DNA from: a virus
Lineage: Duplodnaviria > Caudoviricetes
Length of the DNA stretch: 38,931 nt
Virus record (IMG/VR): IMGVR_UViG_3300014202_000602
Span: 1 to 38,931 of that record
Direction: 5' to 3' (one strand)
Part shown: positions 36,017 to 38,931 of the stretch, piece by piece
Layout: each line of letters starts with the position of its first letter
Numbering within the stretch: the first letter of the stretch is position 1
Notes under the pieces: generated by a model
Database searches by the model: none
The model's input: the letters and a program-made list of their open reading frames with translations, nothing else
What the model was told of the DNA's origin: nothing
Position numbers and translations under genes: made by a program

Positions 36017-36841
36017 CTATATTAGCGGGTTGCTTTTCACAACGCTAGGAAACACCTTGTACAGAGACTCTGCCACGTCGCCCCAGCCGTGCAAGCCGTG
36101 CCCAATCTCCTCAATGTCTTTGCCGACGTAGTAATGGCCCTTGAAATAAGACTTGTACTTACACAGAATTGTCTCAATTTCTTGTACATTGACCAGCCGA
36201 TCCAGGCGTGGCGGAGCTTTGCGTTTCTTTGCACGAAATTGCTTGCAGAGTGCATTTACGGTCTCGCTCAACTCAGTATCTGAGATGGGGTGCTCCCATG
36301 CACCGAAACGAGCGAGAGCGGCTCCCTGACGCGGGTCTTTGTAGATACCTAGATCGGCGTTGGAAAAGTCGACGTCATAGTGCAGGACGCGCTCTGCCAT
36401 GTCGGCAACCTTCCAGGCTATCCACTGCCCGAAGCCACGGTTCCGGCGGGTCGCCTGCTCCACTCCTGCGTAGGTGGAACGGTCGCACCAGTCATCAACC
36501 GCCTTCTCCGGTTGGGGATACTTGGCGCGCAGTTCTGTGATGGCGGCAATTGCTTGTTGCCCTCTGAAATGTCTCCGCTCAGCAGCACGCGGCCAGCGCT
36601 CTCCAGGCTTCAGGCGCGGTGAAGTTTCATTGACTGCAGCGCACATCATGGCGTCCCAATAATGCTTCCTGGGCAGCTCCGAGAAGTACGCCGCAACACC
36701 AAGGTGGTAGAAACACCAGTACGCAAGGCAAGCACGCGCCAGTTGGTCTTCTGCCAACCCAGACGAGTTAAGTGCTACATACACAGGATCCAAGTCCTGG
36801 GTATGTAGCAACTCGTCGCCAAACTCGGCGATGGTTAGCAT
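36017..36841 (-). CDS. Amino acid:DNA transferase (aGPT-Pplase2 family)
   Basis: DLDPVY, WPRAAERRHFRG, GFGQWIAWKVADM.ER and QEIETILCKYKS...GHY.VG.D motifs; likely start ATG 36841. Confidence 0.85.
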   Translation of the reverse strand: MLTIAEFGDELLHTQDLDPVYVALNSSGLAEDQLARACLAYWCFYHLGVAAYFSELPRKHYWDAMMCAAVNETSPRLKPGERWPRAAERRHFRGQQAIAAITELRAKYPQPEKAVDDWCDRSTYAGVEQATRRNRGFGQWIAWKVADMAERVLHYDVDFSNADLGIYKDPRQGAALARFGAWEHPISDTELSETVNALCKQFRAKKRKAPPRLDRLVNVQEIETILCKYKSYFKGHYYVGKDIEEIGHGLHGWGDVAESLYKVFPSVVKSNPLI

Positions 36842-36848
36842 GGCTGGG

Positions 36849-37823
36849 TCAGAACTTGACGGCCTTCTTACCCTTCGCGGCGGGTGCCGGAGCAGCCTTG
36901 GCCGGTGCCTTGGGTTCAGCAGCCTTGGCAGGAGCCTTGGCAGGAGCCTTCGCCGGTGCAGCAGCCTTAGCAGCGGGTGCAGCAGCCTTGGCAGGAGCCT
37001 TAGCAGCGGGTGCAGCAGCCTTGGCAGGAGCCTTAGCAGCGGGTGCAGCAGCCTTCGCCGGTGCAGCGCCGCCAACCGAATAGACGACAACGCCGTCGTC
37101 GCCCTTGACGCCGACAATGTTCAGCACACCGTTCTTGCCGCCAGCGTAGCGCGGGTCAGAGCTGCGCAGGTCAGACAGCATGGGACGGATGTTGCTTTCG
37201 GTCTTGCCGGTCAGTTCGACCAGGTCCGCCATGGTGTGCTTGGCGTTCTTGGCGGCGAAAATCTCGCGCAGCCAAGCCTCCACACCCTTACGCGGCTCAG
37301 CACTGGCCTTGGCAACCGGAGCTGCAGCCTTCGCAGCAGGTGCCTTGCCCTTGGGCGGAACAACGGTGGGTGCGTTCTTGTCGAAGCGCTTCAGAGCTTC
37401 CAGGGCTTCCGGGGTTGGGCCTTTGCCCTTTGCAGGGGCGGCAATCTTCTTGGAAGCGGCGGGTGCAGCGGCAGTGGTCTTCTTGCTCATGTCAATCTCC
37501 TGAGTAGTGGTTTGCGCGTGGAAAGAGGCGGTGGACGAAGTGCCCTCCGCCAGAATCTCTTCGAGGCGTGCGCGAGCCTTGTCAGAGGTTGAATCGGAAA
37601 CAGCAACGGGACTGTCGAGGTAGATCTTCGCTGCCCTGCTGACTGAGTAGTCAGCAATCTCCGTCCAATCCCTGGCGAATGCAGCGTGCTCCGCCTTCTT
37701 CACCACGAGACCAGACGCGTCCATGGGGATGAAGTAGGTGAATTTGTTGCCGATCTCAACACGGATACACGTGTGGCGATGCGCATCCTTGTAGACGGCT
37801 GTGACAACTTTGGGTGTGTTCAT
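36849..37823 (-). CDS. Histone H1/AlgP-like Lys-Ala-Pro-rich DNA-binding protein with a central HTH-like segment; second in-frame start at 37490
   Basis: KAAAPAAKAPA repeats; HTMADLVELTGKTESNIRPMLSDLR; AGGAG RBS before both ATG 37823 and ATG 37490. Confidence 0.75.
   Translation of the reverse strand: MNTPKVVTAVYKDAHRHTCIRVEIGNKFTYFIPMDASGLVVKKAEHAAFARDWTEIADYSVSRAAKIYLDSPVAVSDSTSDKARARLEEILAEGTSSTASFHAQTTTQEIDMSKKTTAAAPAASKKIAAPAKGKGPTPEALEALKRFDKNAPTVVPPKGKAPAAKAAAPVAKASAEPRKGVEAWLREIFAAKNAKHTMADLVELTGKTESNIRPMLSDLRSSDPRYAGGKNGVLNIVGVKGDDGVVVYSVGGAAPAKAAAPAAKAPAKAAAPAAKAPAKAAAPAAKAAAPAKAPAKAPAKAAEPKAPAKAAPAPAAKGKKAVKF
36964..37055. repeat. 33-bp coding tandem repeat, about 2.8 copies
   Basis: GCCTTAGCAGCGGGTGCAGCAGCCTTGGCAGGA at 36964 and 36997, partial at 37030; encodes PAKAAAPAAKA on the - strand. 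Confidence 0.9.
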
Positions 37824-37880
37824 GGTAGCTCCTGTTTATCGTGTCTCTAGGGTTCAGCCTAGTCCGTACAACCAAATAAT

Positions 37881-37909
37881 AGCGTATCGCTGAATTGCCG
37901 CAAAGTCAA
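37881..37909 (-). promoter_or_regulatory. Sigma70-like promoter upstream of the histone-like gene and modification operon
   Basis: The - strand reads TTGACT-17 nt-TACGCT, immediately followed by ATTAT, in the only sizeable gap of this arm. Confidence 0.55.
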
Positions 37910-38931
37910 GCGGTCGCGAGATCCATGATCGCGCCAGCCTGCCGCTCAAGCAGCACCCGTTCATTCTGATAGGTGATCCCACGAGCATAGGCCGTGACGC
38001 CCACGGCGGCGTCCCAAAGTGTTTCGATGGGCCGTTGCTCGTCCGAGAGGTGCGCCGAGAGGATACCTGCCAGCTGGGTGTTTGAGAACTTCCGAGTGCG
38101 CAGGAAGGCACCGACGTCGTCAATTCGCGCAGCCTTCGCCTTGGCAATACCGTCCGTGATGCTGAGTGTTGAGCTGTTGGCGTAAGCTTCAATGGCCGGC
38201 ACGACCTCCTCGATCCAGCGGTCAGGCGCGGAGGAAGTATGGCGCAGGCGAATTTCCTTGTGCTCCTGGGCACCCCACACGATACGGTTGCAGCACACGT
38301 AATCGAACAAGAACGTGGCCACGCCGAAGGAGGTGCTGCCCACCTCGCTGTTCCAGACAAAGAAACCACGTGCCATGGAACCTGACTTGCCGTCACGGCG
38401 GTTGGGCACCTCGATCCGGTTCTGCTCGTCTGCCAGGAACACGAACATGTCGCGGTCACTGGCGTAGAGCGTGGTGTTCTGCGTGGTCACATCCACGTGC
38501 TGCCCGAACTCGCCAGGGACGCGGAAGTCACCGGTGACACCGTCGCCGAACCTGTTGACGAGCGCTTGGCTGATCGTGCTATTCCAGACGCGGCCATAGC
38601 TCGGACCGGTGACAGCGCGCAGCTCAGGCAGGCCACCGTTCTTGTACAGCATGACACCGATGTCCGCCACGTCACGGTTGTAGTGCAGACCGTAGTTGAT
38701 GTTGTCCGCAGCCAAGGCTGACGGCAGGTCGCGCAGGTATCCAGCGGGAGCGCCAGCGCGTTGGGCCAGCTGCCCGAAGGCCCAGTTGGTGACTTCCACG
38801 CGGTTGCCGTCCGGTCCTGACGCCTGCAGACCGTAGTTGGTGCCCTCCACCGGCTGCACCACGAGCTGGCGAGACGAAATCACCTTGTCGCGGCTGTTCT
38901 GGCGGCTGTGATGCAGGAACTCGTTGAGGGA
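37906..38931 (-). CDS. DUF932-like protein, 5' partial
   Basis: The frame is open to the window edge. LRA.TGPSYGRVWN, LYASDRDMFVFL, RGFFVWNSEVG and C.NRIVWG...IRLRH motifs. Confidence 0.75.
   Translation of the reverse strand, partial: SLNEFLHHSRQNSRDKVISSRQLVVQPVEGTNYGLQASGPDGNRVEVTNWAFGQLAQRAGAPAGYLRDLPSALAADNINYGLHYNRDVADIGVMLYKNGGLPELRAVTGPSYGRVWNSTISQALVNRFGDGVTGDFRVPGEFGQHVDVTTQNTTLYASDRDMFVFLADEQNRIEVPNRRDGKSGSMARGFFVWNSEVGSTSFGVATFLFDYVCCNRIVWGAQEHKEIRLRHTSSAPDRWIEEVVPAIEAYANSSTLSITDGIAKAKAARIDDVGAFLRTRKFSNTQLAGILSAHLSDEQRPIETLWDAAVGVTAYARGITYQNERVLLERQAGAIMDLATA

Noticed and set aside
36890-37070. Repeats as a CRISPR array or replication iterons
   Set aside because: No unique spacers; the unit length is a multiple of 3 and encodes Lys-Ala-Pro repeats.
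36842-37117. Leu/Arg/His-repeat N-terminal extension of the amino acid:DNA transferase in the ORF track
   Set aside because: It is an alternate-frame reading of the histone-like repeats; the likely start is ATG 36841.
1-38931. tRNA, rRNA, integrase/att site or IS element
   Set aside because: None recognised; intergenic gaps are very short. A tRNA or covariance-model scan was not run.

Overview
This window is part of a tailed dsDNA phage genome, most likely a siphovirus of a Gram-negative host (it encodes two-component spanins). Two gene arms converge at about 19380. The + arm (1-19379) is virion morphogenesis and lysis: head-associated accessory enzymes including a type IB topoisomerase, an XkdF-type protease/scaffold, major capsid, connectors, tail tube, a -1 frameshifted tail chaperone, tape measure, DUF2460/BR0599/NlpC-P60 tail tip, a duplicated and split tail-tip gene, and a lysis cassette. 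The - arm (19380-38931) is one tightly coupled modification operon with two parts: (i) a PaMx11/M6-type thymidine hypermodification pathway and (ii) a glycan module (HMW1C-family N-glycosyltransferase, RmlB, DegT aminotransferase, hexapeptide acyltransferase, AMP-ligase plus ACP, Gfo/Idh/MocA oxidoreductase, GT2-radical SAM fusion, methyltransferase). The main candidate novelty is phage-encoded N-glycosylation of its own virion: N-X-S/T sequons cluster in predicted exposed tail and neck proteins and are absent or scarce in the scaffold, topoisomerase and tape measure. All family calls come from motif recognition by eye; no database searches were run.
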